A stretch of 64,000 nucleotides of DNA from Anaerolineae bacterium (lineage in GTDB: Bacteria; Chloroflexota; Anaerolineae; S140-20): the NCBI GenBank assembly GCA_027021705.1, contig JALUTT010000059.1, positions 32,001 to 96,000 of the forward strand, written 5' to 3'. The translations under genes and the position numbers were made by a program. A model generated the notes under the pieces. The model made no database searches. It was not told the origin of the DNA and saw nothing but the letters and a program-made list of their open reading frames with translations. This document shows, piece after piece, positions 9,501 to 18,666 of this stretch (position 1 is the first letter of the stretch; every line of letters starts with the position of its first letter).

Positions 9501-12500
9501 CAGGATCAGGTCCAGCACTTCCTCTAGCCGCAGGGTAGAGCTGATCACCCGGGAGACCTCGACAAGGGCGGCCAGTTCCGCTGCCCGCCGCTCGGCGGCC
9601 TCGTACAGACGGGCGTTGACGATGGCCACGGCGGCTTGGGCCGCCACCGTGGTCAGCACCCGCAGGTGCTCCTCGTCGTAAGCCTGACTGTCTTGGAAAT
9701 CTTGGACGGCGATGACGCCGATCACCTCTTCGCCGGCGATCATCGGGACGCCCAACCAGGAGCAGGCTGGTCGGCCCAAGGGGGTGATGCCCATCCTCTC
9801 CATCTGGGCTTCAATATCGCCGACCAGGAGCAACGGCTGGCGGGTTCTAAGCACGTAGCCCGTCAGGCCAGCGTGGAGGGGGATGGGCTCCTGGAAGACC
9901 GGCTTCCCTTCCTCGTAGAAGAGGGGGAAGCAGATCTGCCCTTTTTCCTCCTCCAGCAGCGCGACGAAGATGTTGGAAGTGTCCATCAACCGGCCCAACT
10001 GCTGGCGGAGCGATTCTAGCACGTCGTCCAAGCGAACCGTGGCGGACAGGGCCCGTCCGATCTCGTTAACGATGGAGAGCTCGGTGAGTCGTCGCTCCTT
10101 CTCGGCATAGAGCCGGGCGTTCTCGATGGCGATGGCCGCCTGGGTGGCGAAGATCTCCAGCACCTCCACCGTGTTGCGGTCGGGGATGCGGTCGTCGCGG
10201 GGCTCGTCCACGGACATAATGCCCCAGATCTGACCGCCGGGGCCGCGCAGGGGCACGATGAGCATATCCTCCGCGTGCCAGTGTCCTGGCTCCCGCTCGA
10301 CCACGGGCAGGAGGGTGTAGGTATCCAGCCCCTCGGTCACCTCGGTCCTCTCGGCCGGGATGTAGTAGCTCTGACTGATGCGGAACTCGTCACATAGGAC
10401 CTTCTCCACTTCGGACCAGGGCTGAGTGACCTGCTTCAGCCGCTCGAAGACGGCCAAGGGGAGGCCGGCCATCGCCGCCCGGCGCAGGTGCTCGCCCTCC
10501 AAGACGCTGATGAGGACGATGTTGAACCCCACCGCCTCCTGGACGGCGTAGGCCACCTCCTCCAGGATCTCCTCCAGAGGGCGGTCGGCCCGGAAGGCCT
10601 GGCTGATCTGGAAGAGGTTGGCCAACTGCTCGGCCCGGCGGCGGAGCAGGTCACTGCGTTCCAACTGTTCCTGGTAGCGCCGAGCATTGCCGATGGCCAA
10701 GGCCGCCTGGGCCGCCAGCGCCTCCAGGAACTCGACGTGGCTGGGGGTGAAAGCGGCCTGGCGCGGGCTCTCCAGGTTGAGCACCCCGACCACGGTGGCG
10801 GCGTGCCGGATAGGGATGGCCACTTCGGAACGGGTCTCTGGAATGACCGGCAGGTAGTCGGGATCCTGGTGCACATCATCCACCCGGGCCGGCTCCCCGG
10901 TCTGAGCGACCCGTCCGACGATCCCTACCCCGGGCTGGAGCTCTATCTTCATCTCCCGGCGAGGACGGGCAGCTCCCTTGCTCGCCCGCAGGACCAGGTG
11001 CTCTCCTTCGGGGTCCAGCAGGTAGATGCTCCCGTAGAAGGCATCAGTGGCCCGGAGCGCCTCCGTCAGCACCATGTCCAAGATGCGGTTCAGGTCCAAC
11101 GTAGCATTGAGTTCCTGACCAATGCGGCTCAGGGCGGTTAGTTCCTCCACCCGCTCCTGGAGTTGCTCATCGGTCTGGCCGTAGAGGCGGGCGTTCTGGA
11201 TGGCCACGGTGACGTGCTGGGCGAAGATGCGGGCCACTTCGATCTCATCCTGGCTGAAACGGCGAGGGGCTCCCTTGCTGGCGACGGCCAGGGCTCCCAT
11301 CACCTCATCCCCGAAGATGAGGGGGATGGCCAAGACGGAGCGCAGCCCCTCACGATCGGCCAATCCAGGCCGCCCCAGGTTGGCCTCGGGAAGATCGGGG
11401 ATGACGATGGGAGTCCAAGAGCGATCGGGAGAGGTAATCAGGGCGAGAGCCCGGTCCCGGAGGATTTGCTCCTGGGCGACGTACTCCTGGGAGAGGCCGT
11501 AGCTGGCCTGGAAACGGAGCACTTCGTCGTCCGGCTCACTCATCAGGAGGGCGGTGGCCGGGGCGTCGAAGAGATGGGCGGCCTGCTCCACGATGGTGGG
11601 CAGGAGCTCCGGCAGGTTGAGCTTGGTGCTGATGGTGGCAACGCTGCTCTGGAGACGCTCCAGGGCCAGGCGTCGCCGCTGCTCCGCCCGGTAGAGGCGG
11701 GCGTTTTCTACGACGGCTGCCGCCTGGTGGGCGAAGAGGGCCAGCAGCCGGGCGTCGGCCTCGCTAAAGGGTTTCCCATCGCGCCGGTTGGATGCCTGGA
11801 TGATGCCGATCCGACGCTCCCCGACAATCATCGGGGCCAGGATGGTCGCCCGGACGCCGGCGATGAGGGCCAGAGGCTTGAGGCCCGCCTCGGCAACCAG
11901 CGGTTCCCCGGGTAGGTCGTTGCTCATCCAGTACTCCCCCTCGGTCCAGATCTGCCAGGCGGTCGTGTCCGGCTGGAGGGGGATTCGATAGCGCTGCACG
12001 ATCTCGTCGGGCACGCCATAGAAAGGAGCCTGAGCGACCAGGGCCTGCTCCTCTTCCTCGTAGAGGAGGACGCCTACCATCTCCACGTCCATCAGGTCCG
12101 CGATCCGCTGGGTCAGGTAGGTGTAGAGCTCATGTTGGTCGGTCAAGGCCCCGATCGCCTTGGAGATCTCGTGCAGCCCCGCCATCACCGTCAGACGTTG
12201 CTCGCGCTCCTGGTAGAGTTGGGCGTTCTCGATGACCGCCGCCGCCTGGTTGGCCAGGATGCAGAGCAGGCGGATGTCGTTCTCGTCGAAGGGGGAGCCA
12301 TCGTGCTTGTTGGAGACCTGCAGGATGCCGAACCGACGTCCGCCCACCGACAGCGGGGCCAGGAGCGTGCGCTGCACCCCGACCGTCGTGGCCAAGGGGA
12401 TGAGTCCGGCCTCGGCCACCATCGGGTCCTGAGCGACCTGGTTGCTCACCCAGTACTCGCTCTCCCGCCAGATCCGCTCCATCCGGCTGCCGGGAGGGAC

Positions 12501-14129
12501 GGGAATCTTGTAGTAGGCGACCAACTCGTCGGGTACCCCGTAGAAGGGAGGGCGGCTGACCAGCGCCTGTTGGGCCTCGTTGTAGAGGAGTACACCGGCC
12601 ATCTCTACCCCCATCAGCCGGGCAACGCGCTCGCTGATGCGGGCGTAGACCTGGTCCACGTCCTCCAGGGCGCTGATGGCCTGAGAGATCTGGTAGAGAC
12701 CGGCCAGCTCCTTGAGCCGCTGCTGTCGCTCTTCGTAGAGGCGGGCGTTCTGAATGGCGATGGCCGCTTGGTTAGCCAGGGAGTTCAGGGTGCTCAGGAT
12801 GCTCTCGGGAAAGGCCCCCAGCTCGTAACTGACCAACTCCAAGGAGCCGATGAACTCGTCGCCGGCCATCAGGGGCAGCCCCACGTAGGAGCGGAAGGGG
12901 TACTCGGGGCTGTCCAGCTTGGGGCGCACGTCCCGGCGGGCTTGCACATCAGGGATCCAGAGCATCTGCCGGTGGCGAGCGATCCAGCCGCTGTATCCCT
13001 CGTCCAGGTGATAGACGTTGCCCACGCGCTCGGCGTAATCCCTGTGGCCCTCCTGGGTGAAGGAGCGCATCACCTGGGCCTCCGGGTCCCACAGGCAGAT
13101 CTCCGCAATGGCATAGGGGGCCAGTTCCCCTGCAGCCTCCAGGATGGCCTGCAGGGTCTCCTCCAAATTGAGGCTGGTGCTGATGGTGCGGCTGATGCGG
13201 TTGACGATGGAGAGTTCCTCCACTCGGCGGGCCAGGGAGGTGTCGGCGATCTGGTAGAGGCGGGCATTTTCGATGGCGATGGCGCTCTTCTCGGCGATCG
13301 CCTCCAGCAGTTCCAGGTCACTCTGCTCGAAGCCCCCCTGCACCTTGTTGTAGAAGCAGAGCAGGCCGAAGGGTTCACGACCGCGCCGCAGAGGGACGGC
13401 CAACATCGTGTGGATGAAGCCGCTGCTCCGATCTACCGTCCAGCAGTAGCGGTGGTCTGAGGGGAGATCGTTGTGCAGGAAAGGCTGGTTACGGTGCAGG
13501 ATCCAATCGGCCAGGGTCTCTCGATCGAGGGGGCGCTCATTGGCCCGTTGCACCAGTTCGGGAGGCAAGCCTCGGCTCGCCGTCAGGCGCAGACGGCGCT
13601 CTCGCTCGTCGTAGAGGAGCACCTCGGCCGCCGTGGCCGAGAGGAGGGGCATCGCCCGGTCCAAAATCAAATCCAACAACTCGTCCAGGTTCAACTCCCG
13701 GCTGAAGGCCGCCCCCAGGGTGTCCAGCGTGCGATAGAGTTCCTTCTGACGACGCTGAACGCCGGCCAGTTGGCCGACCACGTAGGCCAGGACGTTGAAG
13801 AGGACGATGGAGGTGAGCATCTCAATGGCCTGAGGTGAGAACCCCTCCTCGCTGAGGATGGGAGCCAGAAGGGGGATGAAGAGGGAAACGGCTGCCAGGG
13901 CTGTGGCCAATCCGGCACCCACCCCCCAGAAGGCGGCGGCTAGGATGATGGGGACCAGGTAGAGGTAACGAAGGGCCTGGGCCCAGGGGACCCCCATATT
14001 CGCTGTGGAGTAGACCACCACCGTGACCAGGGCAGTGCTCAGGACCACAGTGCCCAGGATGATGCCATAGGGCTGTTGGACGGAGAGTCGTAGTCTGCCT
14101 CGTTGTGTCTGGGATGTCAGGAGGTTCAT
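6567..14129 (-). CDS. Hybrid sensor histidine kinase: N-terminal TMs, 10 GAF, PAS, HisKA, HATPase, 2 REC
   Basis: 2520 aa; ten A(I/V)xNAxx(Y/F) GAF-closing helices; SHELRTPM H-box; N, G1, F and G2 boxes; two receiver domains. Confidence 0.95.
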   Translation of the reverse strand: MNLLTSQTQRGRLRLSVQQPYGIILGTVVLSTALVTVVVYSTANMGVPWAQALRYLYLVPIILAAAFWGVGAGLATALAAVSLFIPLLAPILSEEGFSPQAIEMLTSIVLFNVLAYVVGQLAGVQRRQKELYRTLDTLGAAFSRELNLDELLDLILDRAMPLLSATAAEVLLYDERERRLRLTASRGLPPELVQRANERPLDRETLADWILHRNQPFLHNDLPSDHRYCWTVDRSSGFIHTMLAVPLRRGREPFGLLCFYNKVQGGFEQSDLELLEAIAEKSAIAIENARLYQIADTSLARRVEELSIVNRISRTISTSLNLEETLQAILEAAGELAPYAIAEICLWDPEAQVMRSFTQEGHRDYAERVGNVYHLDEGYSGWIARHRQMLWIPDVQARRDVRPKLDSPEYPFRSYVGLPLMAGDEFIGSLELVSYELGAFPESILSTLNSLANQAAIAIQNARLYEERQQRLKELAGLYQISQAISALEDVDQVYARISERVARLMGVEMAGVLLYNEAQQALVSRPPFYGVPDELVAYYKIPVPPGSRMERIWRESEYWVSNQVAQDPMVAEAGLIPLATTVGVQRTLLAPLSVGGRRFGILQVSNKHDGSPFDENDIRLLCILANQAAAVIENAQLYQEREQRLTVMAGLHEISKAIGALTDQHELYTYLTQRIADLMDVEMVGVLLYEEEEQALVAQAPFYGVPDEIVQRYRIPLQPDTTAWQIWTEGEYWMSNDLPGEPLVAEAGLKPLALIAGVRATILAPMIVGERRIGIIQASNRRDGKPFSEADARLLALFAHQAAAVVENARLYRAEQRRRLALERLQSSVATISTKLNLPELLPTIVEQAAHLFDAPATALLMSEPDDEVLRFQASYGLSQEYVAQEQILRDRALALITSPDRSWTPIVIPDLPEANLGRPGLADREGLRSVLAIPLIFGDEVMGALAVASKGAPRRFSQDEIEVARIFAQHVTVAIQNARLYGQTDEQLQERVEELTALSRIGQELNATLDLNRILDMVLTEALRATDAFYGSIYLLDPEGEHLVLRASKGAARPRREMKIELQPGVGIVGRVAQTGEPARVDDVHQDPDYLPVIPETRSEVAIPIRHAATVVGVLNLESPRQAAFTPSHVEFLEALAAQAALAIGNARRYQEQLERSDLLRRRAEQLANLFQISQAFRADRPLEEILEEVAYAVQEAVGFNIVLISVLEGEHLRRAAMAGLPLAVFERLKQVTQPWSEVEKVLCDEFRISQSYYIPAERTEVTEGLDTYTLLPVVEREPGHWHAEDMLIVPLRGPGGQIWGIMSVDEPRDDRIPDRNTVEVLEIFATQAAIAIENARLYAEKERRLTELSIVNEIGRALSATVRLDDVLESLRQQLGRLMDTSNIFVALLEEEKGQICFPLFYEEGKPVFQEPIPLHAGLTGYVLRTRQPLLLVGDIEAQMERMGITPLGRPACSWLGVPMIAGEEVIGVIAVQDFQDSQAYDEEHLRVLTTVAAQAAVAIVNARLYEAAERRAAELAALVEVSRVISSTLRLEEVLDLILDELRKVVEYDSASIQLLEEDHLRIIGGRGFEELEAVVGLTFPIGGDNPNTEVVRRRAPFIVADAPAVYAPFREPPHDHIRSWMGVPLLYGDRLLGMLTLDKKEPNFYDRAKAELALTFANGAAVAIENARLFEQVTRFSQELEQRVEERTQELAQALEELTMERDRVETLYRITSELSASLDLDRVLNRALELVVEAVEADRGAIFMVDPQTDHLIQRASLGGSRRLPPRGAPTPFRRGEGLAGWVIAHKEPAIVPDIHHDPRWVDNGQPRSYRSALAIPLIVGDEAMGALLLFHKEADRFTEDHLRLVEAAAIQVANAINNAELYRLIREGAERLGAMLKKIQVEAAKSQAILEGVADGVMVTDTTGHVILFNAAAERILNTPRRQIIGRSIDELLGLYGTAGRSWVALVERWMQEPEEMLDAETRYLEERLEIEGRVVSVHLAPVHMEEEFLGTVSVFRDITKEVEAERAKSEFVSTVSHELRTPMTSIKGYADLLLLGTAGRLTEGQERFLRIIKSNADRLSDLVNDLLDIGRIDSGRIELEKRAVNVASLVEQVMESLRRKAEEKGLRLHSQVAPDLPPVWGDSARLIQVLTNLVSNAYQYTPPEGEITVQAERQGEMVLIQVKDTGIGITPQDQEKIFDRFFRADHPLVQEIRGTGLGLSIVKSLVEMHGGEIWVESEPGQGSTFSFTLPIAQEEEEEPLPQAPPEVEEEVVQGHPGNGRGPRVRRVLIVEDDPDIANLLGHHLEGSGYQAIIAHQGQTALALARQMHPDLITLDIRLPDMDGFELLQSLKEDASTTDIPVVIVSILQDKQKGLRLGAVDYLTKPIDEGRLLHVVDQILESKGSILVVDDDRDTIALLQQVLQERGFTVLAAYRGEEGLALAREHRPDLILLDLKIPGLDGYTTLTRLKEDPATREIPVVVMTASLTEPERHREKVLALGASHFLTKPFAIETLMEEIERLMESTLEGKGTA

Positions 14130-15025
14130 CGTAGCACGCTCATCAGACCAAAGACCACGTTGCTAGCATAGCCTGGCAGGATGCTGCGGGACCAGCGGAA
14201 GAGGGCCGAGGCCGTGAACGCAGCAGTCAGGCTGTAGAAGGCCGCGCCTACGATGATCAAAGGATCCGCACTGAAGTTCTGCTTGACCAAGACGGTAGCC
14301 GCTTCCAGCCCGGCAGTCAGGAAGGCAGCCGTCCAGAATCCGAGCCCTCGGGAGAAGTAGAGTTCGTTGAAGACAACCCCACGCATGAAGAGCTCTTCGG
14401 ACAGGGACTGAGGCCCAACCTCGTAGCAGGTTTGCCAGAAGAAATAGGGCCAGGGTTTCCAGGAGAGAGAGTCCAGGCCAGAGAGGGCGATAATGGCGAG
14501 GAGGTGACTGCCGATGAGCAGGCCCACACTCGCACCCACCGGCACCTGGGCCCGCCAGTGACGGAAATCGAGCCCCACCCGGCGCATTGCTTCGGGCTTC
14601 TTCTTCACGGCGAAGGCTACGATGCCCCAGAAGAGGAGCATTATCCCCCCCCAGAGCAGGCGGAGGCTGGAGGCGCGGGGACTTCGGAGCAGTTCTCCTT
14701 GGAGTCCGCCCTTCGTCAGAAGATCGCTCCCGATCATCACGCCTAGCCCCACGACATAGGCGAAGAAGGTCCAGCGCCGAGCCTGTCGGGGGCGGTGGCG
14801 CAATCCGTACCAGATGGCGGCTGCCAGGTAGAGACAGAGTGAGAAAGCCTCAGCGGTAATGGAGGTGATCACCGTTGGCCATCCCATCCGGTCCACGATG
14901 CCCACACCTGCTATGGACAACACGGCTACCAGAAAGATGACGCCCGTGGTCCGGCGGCGTTCTTGCCTCAGTCTCTCCGTTCGCTCTACCCAGTCGTCGC
15001 GGACGGTGTAAACAAGGGCCGACAT
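14126..15025 (-). CDS. CPBP/Abi (CAAX protease)-like membrane protein with degenerate metal motifs
   Basis: Multi-TM protein; SEELFMRG motif 1 is present but no His follows it; ATG 15025 follows GGAGGAGG; ATGA overlap with the kinase. Confidence 0.75.
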   Translation of the reverse strand: MSALVYTVRDDWVERTERLRQERRRTTGVIFLVAVLSIAGVGIVDRMGWPTVITSITAEAFSLCLYLAAAIWYGLRHRPRQARRWTFFAYVVGLGVMIGSDLLTKGGLQGELLRSPRASSLRLLWGGIMLLFWGIVAFAVKKKPEAMRRVGLDFRHWRAQVPVGASVGLLIGSHLLAIIALSGLDSLSWKPWPYFFWQTCYEVGPQSLSEELFMRGVVFNELYFSRGLGFWTAAFLTAGLEAATVLVKQNFSADPLIIVGAAFYSLTAAFTASALFRWSRSILPGYASNVVFGLMSVLR

Positions 15026-15162
15026 AGCCTCCTCCCCTGATGAGCTCCTCACTGCCCTAGCTCCGGCCCTCTGAGGCCGAGAGGCGGCGAGGAGGTCCTT
15101 TCCGCTGACCCTGCCCTCTCGGTGCCTGAGGACCCTCCAAGGCGTCCGTCAGGGCGGGGGGA

Positions 15163-16089
15163 TCAGGCAGGCAGGCGGCTCTGACTCTGGGCCTGCATCT
15201 GGCGGGCGGCGATACGGCGTTTCTCTGCCGCGACTTCGGTGATCTCGCGGATGTCGGAGAACGGCCCATCGTCAGGGGTCACAATGCCGACGGCCAAGCT
15301 CATCAGCGGGACCTTCTGCTCCTGCCCCCGTTCATCTTTAGCAACGATGTAACCCCGCTCCCGATCCATGAAGTTGTAGTGGGTCCCGACCTCCTGAGAG
15401 AAGCGGGCCACGATCCGGTCGCGGATGGCCGGCCCACGCTCGGTCGTGGTGATGACGACGAAATCGTCACCTCCCCGATGGCCCACGAAGTCGTCGGGCG
15501 TCCCCAGTTCGTTCAGGGTCTGGTTCAGGATGTGGGCGAGGGAGCGGAGCACCTGGTTGCCTGCGATGAAACCGTAGACGTTGTCGAACTGCTCCTTGTA
15601 GTTGATGCCGATGAAGAGAAAGCTCCAATCATCCCGCCGCATCAGCTCTCGGAGCTGTTCTTCGATCAGCTTGCCGCTGGGCAGTCCCGTGTTGGGCTCC
15701 GTCAAGCCCTCCCGACGATACCACTCCAAGGCGCGCTGCACCCGCAGTCGGAGCTCTTCGATGTCGAAGGGCTTGGTAATGTAGTCGTCGGCCCCGAGTT
15801 CCAGCCCCTGGATTTTGTCGGAGCGCTCATCCCGCTGGGTCAGGAAGATGATGGGGATGTGGCTGGTGCGCAAGGTGCTGCGCAGGCGCCGGCAGACCTC
15901 GAACCCATCAATGTCGGGCAGGTTGATGTCCAGCACGATCACTTCTGGAGGCTGCTGGCGGCATCGTTCCAGCGCTTCTCCTCCCCGGGGAGCGACCTCG
16001 ACCTCGTATTCCTGCGACTGGAAGTAGATACGCAGCATGTTCGAGATGTCGAAGTCGTCCTCGACGATCAGGATATGACCCTTGCTCAT
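15163..16089 (-). CDS. Response regulator with a degenerate GGDEF (GGDDF) domain
   Basis: N-terminal REC domain; TGLP...YG...GGDDFVV in the C-terminal half. Confidence 0.9.
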   Translation of the reverse strand: MSKGHILIVEDDFDISNMLRIYFQSQEYEVEVAPRGGEALERCRQQPPEVIVLDINLPDIDGFEVCRRLRSTLRTSHIPIIFLTQRDERSDKIQGLELGADDYITKPFDIEELRLRVQRALEWYRREGLTEPNTGLPSGKLIEEQLRELMRRDDWSFLFIGINYKEQFDNVYGFIAGNQVLRSLAHILNQTLNELGTPDDFVGHRGGDDFVVITTTERGPAIRDRIVARFSQEVGTHYNFMDRERGYIVAKDERGQEQKVPLMSLAVGIVTPDDGPFSDIREITEVAAEKRRIAARQMQAQSQSRLPA

Positions 16090-16174
16090 TGGCTCACCTC
16101 CGCCTGCTCAAGTGGCATCACCTACGCTCCCAAAGGCGATGGCCTGGACATCGCCGGGATGACCAGGCATCCAT

Positions 16175-17257
16175 CTACCCCCCCGTCCGTTGGGCCTTGG
16201 TGCGAATGCGTTCAATCTCCTCCTCGCTCACCGGGCGTTCGAAGCTGCGAAACCCCTCGACCCGAAACCCGTGTTTCTCGGCCAGATGACCAATCTCCTG
16301 CACCCTCTCGATCTGGATCTCCTTGCCCAAGGTGAAGGGCTCAAAGCGTCCCTCCAGGGCCAGGATCATCGTCTCTGCCATACAGGCGTAAGCCTTGCCT
16401 GGTGGAAAGCCGAAGTCGAAGTGGAAGTCCACCGGACCCGGCACTTTGACCATGCCTCCCTCGATGACCAGGACGTCGTCCCGGGCCTCGACGACCTGGC
16501 GCGAAACGTCCCGAGGACGGGCCACGTCGCAGACCACAGCTCCTGATTTCAGATGGTGCGGTTCGATGATGGACTCGATCGCGCTGGTCACGGTGATCAC
16601 AACGTCGGCCTGACGCAGGGCGCTTAGGTCTGTCGTGGTGCGGACCTTGGCGTCCGTCTCCGCCTCGATCTGCTCGCGCAATGCGTCCAACCGCTCCTGA
16701 CGGCGACCGACGAGGATCATCTCGGGGACCTCCCGACTGAGCAGCCGGGCGGAGACGGAACCGATGGCCCCCGTCGCTCCCACCACGGCGGCCACCGCCT
16801 GGTTCAAGACAATCCCCATTCGCTGCGCGGCCTGGCGCGCTGCCTCCACAGCCACGTAGACGGTGTAGCTGTCCCCCGTCGTGACGGGTATCCGCAGGCC
16901 CTTGGAGATGGTCACGCCCGCATCTCCGATCACCGAGGTGAAGGCCCCCAATCCCAAGATCTGGGCTCCCAGCCGTTCGGCCAGCCGCCCTGTCTGGATG
17001 ATCTTCTTGTAGACCACCGGAGGCGGCAGTGTCATCATCCGCTGAGGGGTGAAAGGGCAGGCCACGAACCATCCCTCGACCTCCTCCCCCGTCGCTTCCG
17101 AGCGCACGCCGGTGATGTGGGAGATGTAGACCGGGGGGAAGTAACGGGAGAAGAAGTTGATGGCTGCGACGGGCAACAGCTTCCCCAGCAGCGGGAACTT
17201 GCGCTGGACGTCTTTCTTGGGGTCTATGGGATGGATGATGAAGGCGAAGGTGTTCAT
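16175..17257 (-). CDS. Acyl-ACP/acyl-CoA reductase-like NAD(P)-binding protein (shikimate-DH-like fold)
   Basis: FAFIIHP, LGLGAFTS, TTGDSYT, GATGAIG, DVARPRD and YACMAETMIL parallel cyanobacterial AAR motifs. Confidence 0.75.
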   Translation of the reverse strand: MNTFAFIIHPIDPKKDVQRKFPLLGKLLPVAAINFFSRYFPPVYISHITGVRSEATGEEVEGWFVACPFTPQRMMTLPPPVVYKKIIQTGRLAERLGAQILGLGAFTSVIGDAGVTISKGLRIPVTTGDSYTVYVAVEAARQAAQRMGIVLNQAVAAVVGATGAIGSVSARLLSREVPEMILVGRRQERLDALREQIEAETDAKVRTTTDLSALRQADVVITVTSAIESIIEPHHLKSGAVVCDVARPRDVSRQVVEARDDVLVIEGGMVKVPGPVDFHFDFGFPPGKAYACMAETMILALEGRFEPFTLGKEIQIERVQEIGHLAEKHGFRVEGFRSFERPVSEEEIERIRTKAQRTGG

Positions 17258-17297
17258 TGTCTCCCCAGGCTTCGTCGTAGGGTGGGATGGGAATCGC

Positions 17298-18566
17298 TCA
17301 CGCCTCGGCCTGCGGCTCTCGGGGGTAGAGGCGTGGATGCATCTCTGTCCCGCCGGGAATCTTGTGATGGTCGCTCTCCTCGTAACGGACGTTCTTGGCG
17401 ATGACCCGCCGCTCCGGTGACGCGAAGAGCACCGTGTCCGATTCGATCATCCGGGCCGGGTAGATGATCAGTCCGGAGCCCAGACGGCAGTTGTGCCCCA
17501 CGCACCCTCCCAGGACGGGGAACCCTGCCTCTTGTAACTCCCCTTCGTGCAGGGCCCGAATGGGCTTGGGGAGCAGGTTGAAGTCGGTGAAGGTGGTCCC
17601 AGCACCGATGAAGGTGTTGCGTCCCACCACGCACATCTGCAGGCAGGTGTTCTGGGCCACGATGGAGTGTTCCATCAACGTGGTCATGAACAGGGAGGCG
17701 CGAAAGGGTAGATAGCAGCCGTCGGAGACGACGCTCAGCAGCAATTGGGCTCCCTGCATGATGTTCACGTTCTCGCCCACGATGGAGTTGCAGACGTAGG
17801 CGCCGGCGTGAATCCGACTGTTGTCCCCAATGTAGGTCGGTCCTTGAATGACCGCTGTCGGATCGATCTCGACGTTCTTGCCCACGTAGACGAGGGCGGA
17901 ACTGGAGAGGAACTGGCGACGCTCCAGGAGCGAACGGCCCAGGATGCGCAGCTTGGCCCACAGGTTCTGCTTGACTTCCTTTTCCTTGCGTGCTCCCTCG
18001 GCGAAGATACCGAAAACGATGTTGGCCACGAAAACGTGCACCCAGTGTTCGATGGAGAGAAACGCCTTGGTGGGAACCTGGTAGACCAGGTCACCCTGCT
18101 GGGGGGCCATGTAGGTCGGCACGTGGTAGTATCCGACTTCGTAGGCCTCCGTGTCGATCACCAAGGGGACGACTTCCTCCTCCAGACCCCGGGGGAAGTA
18201 CCACATGTCGGCCACGTAGACATCCCCCTGACGTCGGATCCCCTTTTGCAGCGTCAGGGCGTGGGAGGTGATCGCCTTGTCCTCTAGGGAGAAGGCGACC
18301 CGACAAGCCTTGCCCAGCTCACGCGCCCGCTGGATGAACTCCTCGAAGAAGGGCTTGTCGAAGAAGAGGTTATCCCGGTAGACCAGGGTCTCGACGCGGT
18401 CCTTGGGGATCTCTTCGAAGGAGTGGACGGGCCGTTCCCGATCACAGTAGGGGGCCAGGATGTCCCGCTGATGGAGCCAGAGCCGCTTGTTGAGCACGGT
18501 CAGCTCTCGGGCCGGCTCGTTGAAAGGGGGAATGTACCGCTTATCCTCGATAATGATCTTGCGCAT
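17298..18566 (-). CDS. GlmU-like protein: degenerate nucleotidyltransferase domain plus left-handed beta-helix
   Basis: Hexapeptide repeats (VGKNVEIDPTAVIQGPTYIGDN...); no GxG(T/S)R motif. Confidence 0.75.
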   Translation of the reverse strand: MRKIIIEDKRYIPPFNEPARELTVLNKRLWLHQRDILAPYCDRERPVHSFEEIPKDRVETLVYRDNLFFDKPFFEEFIQRARELGKACRVAFSLEDKAITSHALTLQKGIRRQGDVYVADMWYFPRGLEEEVVPLVIDTEAYEVGYYHVPTYMAPQQGDLVYQVPTKAFLSIEHWVHVFVANIVFGIFAEGARKEKEVKQNLWAKLRILGRSLLERRQFLSSSALVYVGKNVEIDPTAVIQGPTYIGDNSRIHAGAYVCNSIVGENVNIMQGAQLLLSVVSDGCYLPFRASLFMTTLMEHSIVAQNTCLQMCVVGRNTFIGAGTTFTDFNLLPKPIRALHEGELQEAGFPVLGGCVGHNCRLGSGLIIYPARMIESDTVLFASPERRVIAKNVRYEESDHHKIPGGTEMHPRLYPREPQAEA

Positions 18567-18666
18567 TGCGGTTGGCCCTCATCTCAAACCGTCCCAACGA
18601 TCACCAAGACCATCCCCGACCGATGAGCTGTTGAAGACACCACTGTCCTGCTCCTCCCAAGCGCCG

